From the NCBI RefSeq assembly GCF_002571385.2, contig NW_019218169.1, positions 197,995 through 261,994 on the forward strand: DNA of 64,000 nt. Reading direction: 5' to 3'. Of the stretch, positions 14,501-25,415 are shown piece by piece. Both the position numbers and the translations under genes were made by a program. This stretch comes from Stylophora pistillata (taxonomy: Eukaryota). Position 1 is the first letter of the stretch, and every line of letters begins with the position of its first letter. The notes beneath the pieces are model-generated. The model saw only the letters and a program-made list of their open reading frames with translations, had not been told where the DNA came from and ran no database searches.

Positions 14501-16767
14501 CTTTTCCCATGTAAGAATGCATCAATTATCCTAACAAAGTGAAATTTTCAACAGTCAGCTACAATTTGTCTTGGATACATTTTTTATAGATCTTATGATG
14601 TGGAGGTGAAATATCTTCTAAGTCCTTTTCCTGAACACCATCCAAGAGATAACACTCGCTGTAGAATGGGGTAAGTATTTAATTAAGATGACCGACACTC
14701 ATACTGGTAAATCTCTTTCACAATGAGGTCACATTGGCCATACAGTATTTCCTCTTACTAATTGGAGCTCACTCTCTAATAAACACACCCGAGGCCATCA
14801 TTTTGAACAAGTGCCCCCCCTCCCCTTGAATAACTGCCCCTCTCATCTCTTACCTTCTCAAATAATAGGGATTTAGGGAACGGCTGTTCTATTACCTGTA
14901 AAATCAATCTTGAGTGTTGGTGATGAAATTATTTATCAAGGTGTTTTTACTTGTATACATGTAGTTGTGAGGTTTGTAGTAAGGAAGATGATCAAGATTA
15001 TGAAAGTGAGCAAAACAAAGGTACTTACTGAGATAAAGACATGATGAGATTTGTTGCTCTTGTTCTAGTTTATGTACATCACCAAAAGATCGTGCCATAT
15101 GTGGATCAAGTGCATAATTTTAGCTCACCTGATTGATAGGTTTTCTGGTTGTAATACTGGTTTACCATCTATTTTTCATCATTTCTCCCTGCAAATATAA
15201 TGTGGATAATGAAATAGAAAAATAGAGAAGGAAAGGTGTAATAAATGTAATACTTTATAGGATGAATTTAAAAGGATGAGGGAATGAATTTTATTGTAAT
15301 TATAGTAATTAATTTTAGCTAAAGTACAGACTAGTTTTGGCATTGATTTGTTTTTAAACACATTTAACATTTTGATCAATAATGAAACGACCGATTAGAA
15401 GCAGAGCTTCAGTGAACAATACTGTAACACTCTTAGTTTGCCAGGAGTTGAAAAGAAAGTTCCAATGGCTCTGTAGCAAATGATACCGGTAAAACCTGAC
15501 CACATCCAAGATAGGCTAACTGGTAGATTCCATTTTTAAGAGGAAAGTTGTATTTTTCTTGCTTATTTTCCCAATTTTATTTTATTTTATGAACAGAGTG
15601 GAAGTCGTTTCAATCTCGTGTAAATGGAGTGAATTTTTACACTCTTCCCAATCTGTGTGAGATATCCCCAGAGGGTCCATCACCATGCTGTCACCTGGGA
15701 GATGGTTTCACAGACCTTGTTATCATTAAAGACTGCTCAAGACTCCAAATGAAATCACATATTCAGCGAAACTTCAATTCCAAAGACCAGGTTTGTTTAT
15801 AATGATAATTATATCTAATAGGCTCAATAAATGAGCCAGCACTCCCTGAAGAGAACGAAGATTGGTGTAGGAAAAACGGCAGAAACGAAGGCTTTGAATG
15901 TGTATCATAAATCAGAGAAAGAGAGAAAAAAGGAGAGGAAAACAGGAACCCAAAAGGGGTTTTCCTTCAATCACGCTTCGATCACAGTAGTCCCTGCACT
16001 GCTTATATTTTCATTCCGTTGCTCTTGTTAAAACCACAACACAAATTCAAAATATGTATTTAAGTACACTCTGTTCACTAATTGATTATAATCGTCCTGA
16101 AATTAGTAAAGCAAACAAAAAAAAAATTGAATATAATTATCATCTCTTTTCGGCCAAGTTGAGATGATTACGTTTTTCCATCTTGGCTCGCGTTATTTAC
16201 ATTACAGTTTGCATTTGGCTTCATCGAAACACACCGTGTTAAAGAATGTCATATTCGTGCCTGTGACAAGAGTGGTGTCCCTGTGAGTGGTACGGATAGT
16301 CCATTACTTGGCGGTAGTTATAGAGCAAGGAGGAATCGTAAGGAGCGGCGACCAGTGGGTGTGTGGAATGTGGATGGTGAAGTGCTCAGGCAGGCATCTT
16401 TATCTCTCAGGTATCCAACAGTCTAACTTGTAACACGTAATTTATTTTGTTTTGCGTGCGTTGCATCACTTGAAGGTGAACTAGACAATCCAAAGCCACT
16501 CTGGAGTCCAGCCAAGGCACGCGTCGTTGTATTAAGATTGTAATGAATCTATGCCCCTTTTTGTTTTCATGTGAGGTGCTACGTTCCTACAAATTCAACC
16601 TTGTGGCTTTAAAAATGGTACACAAAAAATAGAGAGAAATATTTTAGTTTTTAAAATAAATTACCTTCCTATTTTTCTTGGTTTCCAGGGTTCACAGACA
16701 AATTGTAACTATATTTGGAAGTGGTATAGAGGATATCTCTCAGCAAAAGTGTTGCTTCCTGAAATAG
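7727..16767 (+). CDS. CERK: Ceramide kinase (PH-like + DAGK catalytic domain), 12 exons
   Basis: Exons 7727-7850, 9073-9318, 9857-9988, 10777-10840, 12290-12447, 13045-13119, 14276-14450 (GC donor), 14590-14670, 14965-15020, 15597-15790, 16208-16410, 16689-16767. Motifs VINP, VCVGGDGT, GIIPAGST, YGFLGDV...RWMGPKRY, CRMGCEVC (CerK CxxxCxxC), HLGDG, WNVDGE, RVHRQIVTIFGSGIE. Confidence 0.93.
8604..9008. mobile_element. MITE with ~120-bp terminal inverted repeats (CERK intron 1)
   Basis: AATTAACAATTATTTGCCGAAGGC... mirrored by ...GCCTTCAGCAAATAATTGTTAATT. Confidence 0.85.
11512..11917. mobile_element. MITE-like element, right end truncated
   Basis: TTGTTTACATTTTTGCTCATTTGCATA is inverted as TATGCTAATGAGGCAAATATTGTAAACAA. 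Confidence 0.55.
13391..14050. repeat. Degenerate ~26-bp minisatellite (CACACACTGCATACTATATAGATG) split by a SINE
   Basis: Units at ~13391-13520 and ~13940-14050 flank the SINE. Confidence 0.7.
13521..13810 (+). mobile_element. tRNA-derived SINE, same family
   Basis: ACCGCCTCCCCGTTAGCTCAATTGG...TTCTCAGATAAGGACAAATAAACCGTAGG. Confidence 0.85.
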
Positions 16768-19700
16768 CAAAGCGTTGAAACTTCATAACATTTAGAGGAG
16801 CTTATTTCTAGTATGTAATTCTTGTATCGTTCATAATGCATATACATGCGATGGAGGCAGGATGAACATTAAGTAGTCATGGCCCGCTGATATTAAGGAC
16901 AGGGAACAAAGTCCCTCTTAACAAATGGCTTTCCAGCGGACTTTTTAGTTTTTTTTTAATTCTCCTATACACCGTTTGTAAAGCTTATCCCAATAAGCTG
17001 AATGTTATGTAAGATTGCGGCATTTGCACCATCTACTGATTTGTTTTAAGATAATTGTTATCCAAAATTAACCAGAATTTAGATCAGAACACAAGAAAGT
17101 TTCTCGTACCTGCGCGAGGAACGTTTCTCGAAATGTTTCAGTCTGAATGTTTTTGAGTGAGCTGTCTTTCTCCAGCTTCTGTTGGAGTCTTAATTCGTTT
17201 TTAATATAAAGTATAACTTGAACTTCCTACCTAAATTTGTATTATTTATTTATATATGTATTTATTTGTCAAGCAATTTAGTTATGATTTTATTAAATTG
17301 CATTGGCCATATAGTAGTGAAAAGTTTAAAAAATACCACCATTTATTAAAATAATAATTTTCTGAAGGGAATCCACTGCATAATTCAATTAAATTTATTG
17401 AGTACCCGTAATATGACGGAAATATTATCCTAAGTAGATTTTGATGAATTTACTGCATATTGACAGAATGACCTCCAATGTACTGTATTACTGATCGGCA
17501 GTCAGCTGTAGTTGCTTAAATATTACCGCGTCCCTAAGGTGTCCCCTTTGTTAAGCTTCCACTGTATGAATTCAGCAATAATTGACAAATTGAAAGCCCT
17601 CTCTATGTTTCCTCGATTTGAGTAAAACAGTGAATGTTGTGTAGTCCATTAATTGTGTACCTACTTGTAACTAAATTCAATTAACTAGAAACAAATATAT
17701 TCGCTGGTAGAAGCCCTCGTGTTTGGTTTTGCTGGATTGCTCGTTGCGGAGAGATGTAGCATTACAAACGGTTTGTAAACGGCACATGGTGATTGGTGAA
17801 TTGATTGTGAAAAAAAACCCTACGTGTGATCCAGTTTGCGGGGACAAAAAATTAAATTTTCTGCCTGGTAAACATCCTTTCATTTGTTTTCTAACATTTT
17901 TTAAGAATATTGATTTCAATTATTCAGTATGGTTTGAAGGATTTCAAATATTTTTTTTTTCTCTCCGTGTTATCGTCATTTTATTTCAAACAGTTTTTAT
18001 CTCAAGGGAGCATCGATCCCAGGGACTGGATTAAGAATCGTTTCATTTTACACGTAAGAGAGTCTCGAATGCAGATAACTATTTGAAATGTTCAAGTGAG
18101 TCGCTGAGCTTGAACAATAATACAGTTATGTTGTTGAATTTCAGGCTTGCAAATTGCATTCTTAGTGTTCTGACTGATTCTCAGTTCGATTACCAGTTGA
18201 CCTTACATGGGAAATAATTGCGTCATGTCGCAAAGCTTTTTTGTTTTGTTTTTTTGGCTGGGGGCGAACGCTTGTGTTAAACAGTGGTAAAATAAAACGA
18301 TATTTTTGAGGGGGATATTTATCTCCATTTTTTTCTTTTGTTCTCCTTTCTACCTCTGTCAGGTTCTATTGTGACTAGTTAGTTGGGGATTGAATTTGAA
18401 TCGATTAAGAACTTGCAGACAAGTTGGTCCCGTACGCAAAAACGTTTATGACTCGCTCACAAGTGTAAAGAGAGTCGAGTCGTGAGCTAGGGAACTACAG
18501 GAAAGCAGTTGTCCCAGGACTGTGGGTGACTCGCCCTTTGGTAAACTTAGCTTGAAAGATACTTTTTCAGAGATCGTTTCTTTCATCTACCTTCTCTTAG
18601 GCTGACACGTCTTTAACCAGGGCATATCAGAGGACCTTGCATTTTGAGTAGAGAGCTTTTAAGTTGGAATTACTAATCAATTACCAAAAAAACATCTGCA
18701 GAAATCGATAGGCACTCGACTGATTTCCTAATTGTTGTTCATGGTGAGAATAACATGGTCCAAATGTCTAATCAGGACTGTTTCTGTGGAACATCGTAAT
18801 CTAGAGGCCGAGTGCAGTTCATTCTAATTTCATTACTTTGGTGGAAAATTAAAAAGACAACCGGTTGCCTGTTTTTCATGAGTTTCTGCGAGGACCAGTT
18901 TAGTATTGGGTAAAACTGTGTGTCACAATTGAAAGGGTTGATAATGTGCATGATACATTAACGAACACGGGTGCAATCAGTCCCATAAGTACACACACAG
19001 TCATGAAGTTATACCCAAAACTACTTGCATGAATGATTTGTTTCGGTGGAAAGAGATTCCACACAAGATGTCACTTCAGTGCATAAAGAGAAAACAAATT
19101 TTTAGTCATCAAGTCGAGACCAATTCTAGTAATTTGTTCAAGATCGTTCATTACGTTTTTGCATAGCTCATTTGAAATATATATGAAATATATATTTGAA
19201 ATATATCGAAAGTCGTTAGTGGAACTCTCAAGCCAACAAAGGTGCACCGCGCCAGGAGGATCAATACTTCGCAGTCCAAACCTCACAGCAAACACGAACG
19301 TAGAACGAAGTTTAAAAATTGCGAGGATGGACAACTTCTGACGTAAAAAAAATTAAAAATTTTAATAAAAAACGTTTCGGTCAGAGACCTTCAGCTATTT
19401 ACAACTTTTGAAATAAAAAAACAGAGCATTAAATAAGATCGAAGTGCTAATGATTACGTAATTACAGATAACGACTAATGAACTGGTGCTAATAAAAAGT
19501 ATTATACACATATATATACGTATATATATATATACATGCGGGACCTTCCTGAACTACTTTCCACAATTCCTCATCCTCTCGCTACACAGGGCACCTTTTA
19601 TTCTGTATTGTAGCGCATTCAGGACACGTGACCTATATTAAACAACTATTATATCCTTGGTTTCCGCATGAAGTTATAAAATAAAATTCCAAATTGTACT

Positions 19701-20009
19701 GACTACTGAGGTGTTACCCCCTGAAAGACAAGATCTTTTAAAAAGGAACCGTTTTACAAGGAACAGATCGATTTTTTTTTTCTTAGATTTGTAAATTGGA
19801 AAGCGATCTATTTCTCAATTTCCTTGAGAAGCCTGGTAAAACTTTTGGTAGCCACTTCAGCGAAAAGTTCGTGGGTCGAAAACCACAGCAGGGTCGAAGA
19901 CATCAATATTTGGCGCGCTTAGATACACACAGGTTTTCACTTTAGTTCTCGGTTGCACTACAGTAGTGAGTGAATATGTCAGATTAAATTAATTTCGTTC
20001 GGTCTTCAG

Positions 20010-20249
20010 GTCGTCACTACTGGTACAACATCTCACCGGATATGGACTGCAAAGATTTTTTCCCGATGTTTCTATTGTACAACAGGGATCGTCTGACCGG
20101 ATTTGGTTGGGTTGCCATTGGCAATGCTGACAGTCCACGATACGAACACCCTCCCCCTAAAAGACTCGGGGTAGGTTAAGTCACATTGACATAATATGCT
20201 TCTCTGTCTTTTGTACTTGAACATGTGCAAACAGGGTGCTTGTATGCAG
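20010..20249 (+). pseudogene. Orphan exon (20010-20170) plus possible 15-nt microexon (20235-20249) of an uncharacterised invertebrate protein family
   Basis: cttcag|G-RHYWYNISPDMDCKDFFPMFLLYNRDRLTGFGWVAIGNADSPRYEHPPPKRLG|gtagg, then acag|GACMQ|gt before an N gap. Resembles a recalled HYWY..C..FFP.FLLYN...L.GFGW...YEHP motif. No upstream exons found. Confidence 0.6.
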
Positions 20250-20319
20250 GTNNNNNNNNNNNGTTACTGGCAAGCCATATTTATGGTTCCAATTTTATTT
20301 GTCCGATCGCAAGCAGTAT

Positions 20320-20840
20320 TTTACCCCGTTTTTTGTCAAATTCACTGAAAAAAAAATTGGAAATTCGGGCATGTGGGAACCTCGGGTGTTATTCACTTGT
20401 AACATGAAGGCTCAGAATTTACCCCGTTTTTCTCGAATTCGCGGATCAAATGGGAAATCGGGGTAAAGATGGCAGATGGGAACTTAGCGTGTTAGCTACT
20501 TGTGAATGAATTCGTAAGTCATGATGTTAGCCACTCGAATTGTCAGGATTCCCGTTTTTCTACAGTTAATTGAACAAATCGGGGTAAAGATTGGATATGG
20601 AAAAGTTATGATATTACTTGTAGGATGAATTGTCATAATTAACCCCGTGTTCCTAGAGTTCATTGAGAGAGTGGAAAATTGGGGTGAAGATTGGATTTGG
20701 CATGTTAGGATATATTCTACTTCCTGGATAAATTGTCAGAATTTATTTCCTTTTTTCGAGAATTTCCACATTCGATGAAAAATGGAAAAAGGGGTTAATA
20801 ATGGGTATGTCAAGTTTGGAGGTATTGCACATGCAAGGTA
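20320..20840. repeat. Degenerate ~100-bp tandem array (5 units) with internal inverted TTACCCCG/CGGGGTAA
   Basis: Units start near 20320, 20418, 20549, 20639, 20742. Confidence 0.65.
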
Positions 20841-23800
20841 CGAGCTGTGAAATTGTTTTGATTTTCGAATGCACTCAAAACATAGAAATAGGGATAAACA
20901 GATATACTGCAGTTGTAAGTTAGATCGCTGGAAGCGCACCCTTAATTCGCGTAAGAAAATGTTGGGTCGGGGGTAGTTGTCGGAAGGCAATCCTCGGGTA
21001 TAGTCAATAATTTTAGCCGGTACTTTGTAGAACCCCCTGCACAAAGCCTTGGGATTATTCGACAAATATCACTTAGTTTAAGGAGATTATTTTGCTGGAA
21101 AAGATAATGTAGCCTTCCCCATAAAATATTTATCAGTCTGCAAGTTTTGGTGTTATGTTTCACCACTGTGATGTTCTGATTGTTGAAAAGGGTCTACATA
21201 TTATTCACACCCTTGGAATTTAAGTCAACTTACCGTTAAAAATGTTTTCAGGCAATGAGAAAATTTCTCAGAAGTCGCTGTATACAAAGACGTTCTCTTT
21301 GCTTGACATGCAAAGTGAACGTCTACGTAGAGGCCCACGGGTACTATTCACCGCCAGATAAAACATTGTAACAGAATAAATGAAGGGTTCATTGCAAAAG
21401 AAGCCCTTGGTGACTTAGGATAAACTACTGTCGTCTCATTCCAACGTGCTGCCTGTTTACTTGTGGGACCGAAGGAGAACTTAACATGACATCAAGAGTC
21501 ACTTAGTAGGGCTTCACAAAAGAAAAATCTATGTAAGCAAAGGACAAGTTTTAAGTTTCTCTTCCAAATATTTAATGTCTTCCGATCACATTGACTACTA
21601 ATATGGCTGTCCTAAACAAGATCATTGAGCTCAATTAAAAATAAAAAAAAGAAACAATATACATTAAATTTATATCCCTGATAGAGTAGTTTTCCAAGAG
21701 ATCATGATTTCACATATTTGGAAAAAACAGGAATTACTGACTAATATAGATATATAGGTTTAAAATTTTAAAAGGGATAACTTAAGTAGAGGTATGTGTC
21801 GGAAAAATATTCTTCTCCCCCTTCTTTGTTTCTCTCTTTTCGTTTGCTCCACCCTTTTTCTTTGTTCTTCTCTTCCTCTTTCCAGCTGTTCTTCCATAAC
21901 TATTTCTTGTTCCAGCCAGTCCATGTTAATCATATGCTCTTCAAAACGTAAGAAATGTATCACTTAGTAATATCAATATACGACATTTTACAAAGCTGTT
22001 TAGCCCTGAACCTCTGTGGTTTAATCCTTCCTTCAAAATCCGTAAACATGGCCGTCCAGTGATGGCCTTTGTCAAAAATATCACCACCAATGTTCATACT
22101 AGAGATGCAATAACGTTCACCCTAGAATGTGCACATGAACCATTGAAGTGTGCCAATATTCTTTGATATACCTGACATCTAAGTCACTGATTATTAATTT
22201 TTAAGTAATGTTATGAGTGAGAAAACAGTGGTTTGATTGCTTCTCAGAGATGAAATGCAACAGTACTTCACTATGCCACACCCTCATCTGAAGTTGTGTG
22301 TAATTCATAACTGCCTTGTTCACTGGTTTTATTTTTCACTTTTCTTTGCTTTTAATTTGTAAACACATATATTGCTTCTTCTCAATGGCAAGAGTTTCCA
22401 AGAAAACCCAAATAACCAGAAAGAGTATTGGCAAGAAAGATAACCAAATAAGCAGTGGTATCAAGTTAGAGCTTGGAGCAGTTAACCGACCTGAATGACT
22501 GCTACACCCCATTCTTTTTTCCCAGGTCTATGTGAACTATATTTTGAGCAAAGAATGCAATACCTCGCAAAACATCTGCTAGGATGACTCACTTAAAAGT
22601 GTGCATGATTATCATCTCTTGCTGAGATAGCACTCTTCAGTTAATAGTAGTGTATAACTTATGTTTTCTTCTATTTACTGTCATGTGTTTCTGTTTCTGC
22701 ATTTTTATCTTATACTGTCATTTCTGCTTTACTGATTTAATATTTAATTTCTGTTTCTTGTATATTTATTGAATCTTTTGTTGAGCCAAAATTTATTTAA
22801 GATGTTTTAGTGTCCACACACTGCCTGCCGAGACTAACTCTGGTATTTGTGGGTAGTGTGTCATTATGTTAAGTGTCATGTCATGTCTGATTACAATAAA
22901 GTTGAAAAATGTTGAAAGTTGAGGTTGAAGTTCATTTCAATGTTTTTATTACTACACGTATGGAGGCTTTGGTAAGATTGTGGAAAGGAGGGACAACATT
23001 TGAGCAGCTAGGAGGGACCAAAATGACAATGTGGCAGCCATTTATTCCCGCTTGGATGGCAAAGTCTGGGGAACCTTCCCCTTGAGACTTAAAAGTTTGG
23101 ATGTCCAAAAGGGTCCATTTTTGATCACTATTTCCCAAGTTGGCAAAAAATTATAGCAACTATGAGGGAGAGTATTGACATTGAATTAACGAATAGAGTA
23201 GCTTTTACATATTTGACTACATAACCATTATATACAGTGCAATGTTGTCTCTGTGATGATGTCTGTGTGGCCCTTGATTGATTTTTAGCTTTGCCTTGCT
23301 CAAAAATTGAAACTGTGCTGAAGACAACATTAGATTTTGGGGTATGGTGCTGTGATTTCTAACACAGAATCTTTAATGCAATAACTGATGGCCAAGGAGT
23401 TAATTACCGTATTTATCTGTGTAGAGATCGACCCCCATTTTCAAGGTTGAAAATCAGATTTTTCATAATTTCTAGTAAAGAAAAATTCAGACCGACAGAA
23501 ATTTCCCAAATGGCTGATCTCTTATTTCTGAGAATGTATTGAAATCATGGTGAATTAAAAAAAAAACTGTAGAGCAAAATGTAACCGTGTGCTGTGAAGT
23601 TAAGTAGCACTTGTTTACATCACCATGATTCATGATTTAAGCATAAACAAGCACTTCGATTTACTGGAGAAGTAATTTACCATCTTTTGTAAACACAACA
23701 TACTCCTTTTTATAACGCATAATTTGCCCAGGGGTTAATGTTTACAATGGAGCTTACCACCTCACTGGCACTTTTGTTTACTTTGCTTTGCTTTGCTGCT

Positions 23801-24244
23801 GGTTCTCATCCATGCCTGTATGAATGAAATTAAGTAAGGATGAAAAGATTAGCATTTTCTTTGCAAAGATAGTTGCAGAGAGTGTCTCCACTAATATATG
23901 GATCACCAAACGCTCACAATGAAAGCCAACAAGACCAAGTTTTTGCTAACACATGTAGGACCAATAACTGTTAATAATAGGCAATAGTTTGTACTGAATT
24001 AAGTCTTCATTTGTGCATGAATAAGTATTTATTTCATTTCAATATTTGAACTACACAGTTGAAAAAGCACGTAAAGTGTGGTAACATGTAACATACACAA
24101 TATTCCTTATGATTTAGTTCAAAGAGCTTTACTCTAAATAGATCAAAAGAAAAAAAGTGGCATATGTCAGCCACTCTGATTTACATGGAAAAGCAAATAT
24201 TATTAAGTGAAGAGTAATTTTGCTGCAAATCTGTCCCCTTCTGA

Positions 24245-25390
24245 GCAAGCAAAGAGAATGATTTAGTGCATTGTATTACCCAACTGTTTCTTGCTGGAGC
24301 GCAAGAGACCAGACCTTCATCATACGTGTTAGCGGTTTATGAGTCAACTTTCCAGGATATGTAATGTTTGACATCAACCCTACTAGAATATGAATTTTTG
24401 CGTAGTCCCATACAATTACAATTGTAACGTTTAATAAACCTCCTTTAATACAATTAGCGATGGCGACACTATATCAACACAACAAGATGGCCGACCCGAT
24501 TTTCCCGCTCCCCTCCTTTTGTCGTGGGACGAGACTAGCCTCGTTTCCCAGCAACGTTACACAATGAATACATGTCTTCAATTGTATCCATAATAACTAT
24601 CAATGTAGACACTGAGACTGCTACATGTAACATTGATGATAAATTATATTGAGGCTGAAAGAAAATCAGAAATTTTCGGTCATTGAAACACCGAGATCTG
24701 TCTCGTTTTTTAGTTATGTATCATCTAGTTTTGCATGTCCCAAGCAAAATAAAATAATAAAAAAAAAAAATCACCCCTCGACACAGAAGGATTCAATGAT
24801 TCCAGGTTAGTAGTTACTCGGACGCTTTATCATGCAGGCTCACGAAACCTACAGTATTTAGCCCGAAACTTGAACGCGATCTTTGAGGAATGGTTGTAAT
24901 ATTTTCTGCGTCGTTCTTCATAGCATGCCGACAAGGTGAATCCCATACCTTGTCGGCATGCTTTGAATAACGAGGCAGAAAACAAAAGGATGCATTGTGA
25001 TTCCATGAGATGTAAATAAGTGGCCCTGTATTCTGTAGTTTTACCTGAAATTCTTAACCTTCGAGCGCGGAAATCTTAACGATCTTCTTACAATTTTGCA
25101 TTGCATCCCTCCCCTAGTTGGGAAGTGACAGGCAGAAGACACGTTCACGACGCCTTTTGATTAGAAGAAATAAGTCCGCATCCTATTGGTTATTAGTTAT
25201 GCAGACATGACTGCAACGGAAGACACAACTGCAACGCTACATACAAACAAACAAACACACACAACCCAATATTTCTCCATTCGCTATGACGCATGAAACA
25301 TTGCCTTTGAAAACACCCCCTTTGACCCCTCCGCACCCCGTTTACCCCCTCTTGAAGAAATTACATCATAAGGCTCTCTGGGAAATTGTT
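24245..25390. repeat. Block X, copy 1 (upstream region of P450 #1)
   Basis: Repeated at 35982-37127; no differences seen over the first ~880 bp, ~12 substitutions in the last ~260 bp (counted by eye). Confidence 0.95.
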
Positions 25391-25415
25391 CACTGTTTAA
25401 TTACGACAGGCCGAG

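Noticed and set aside
16411-16688. U12 intron in CERK (GTATCC donor)
   Set aside because: Donor continues AAC rather than TT and no CCTTAAC-like branch site is present
20736-22180. Short minus-strand ORFs as a gene or transposase
   Set aside because: No consistent splice chain or recognisable motif; at most a decayed remnant
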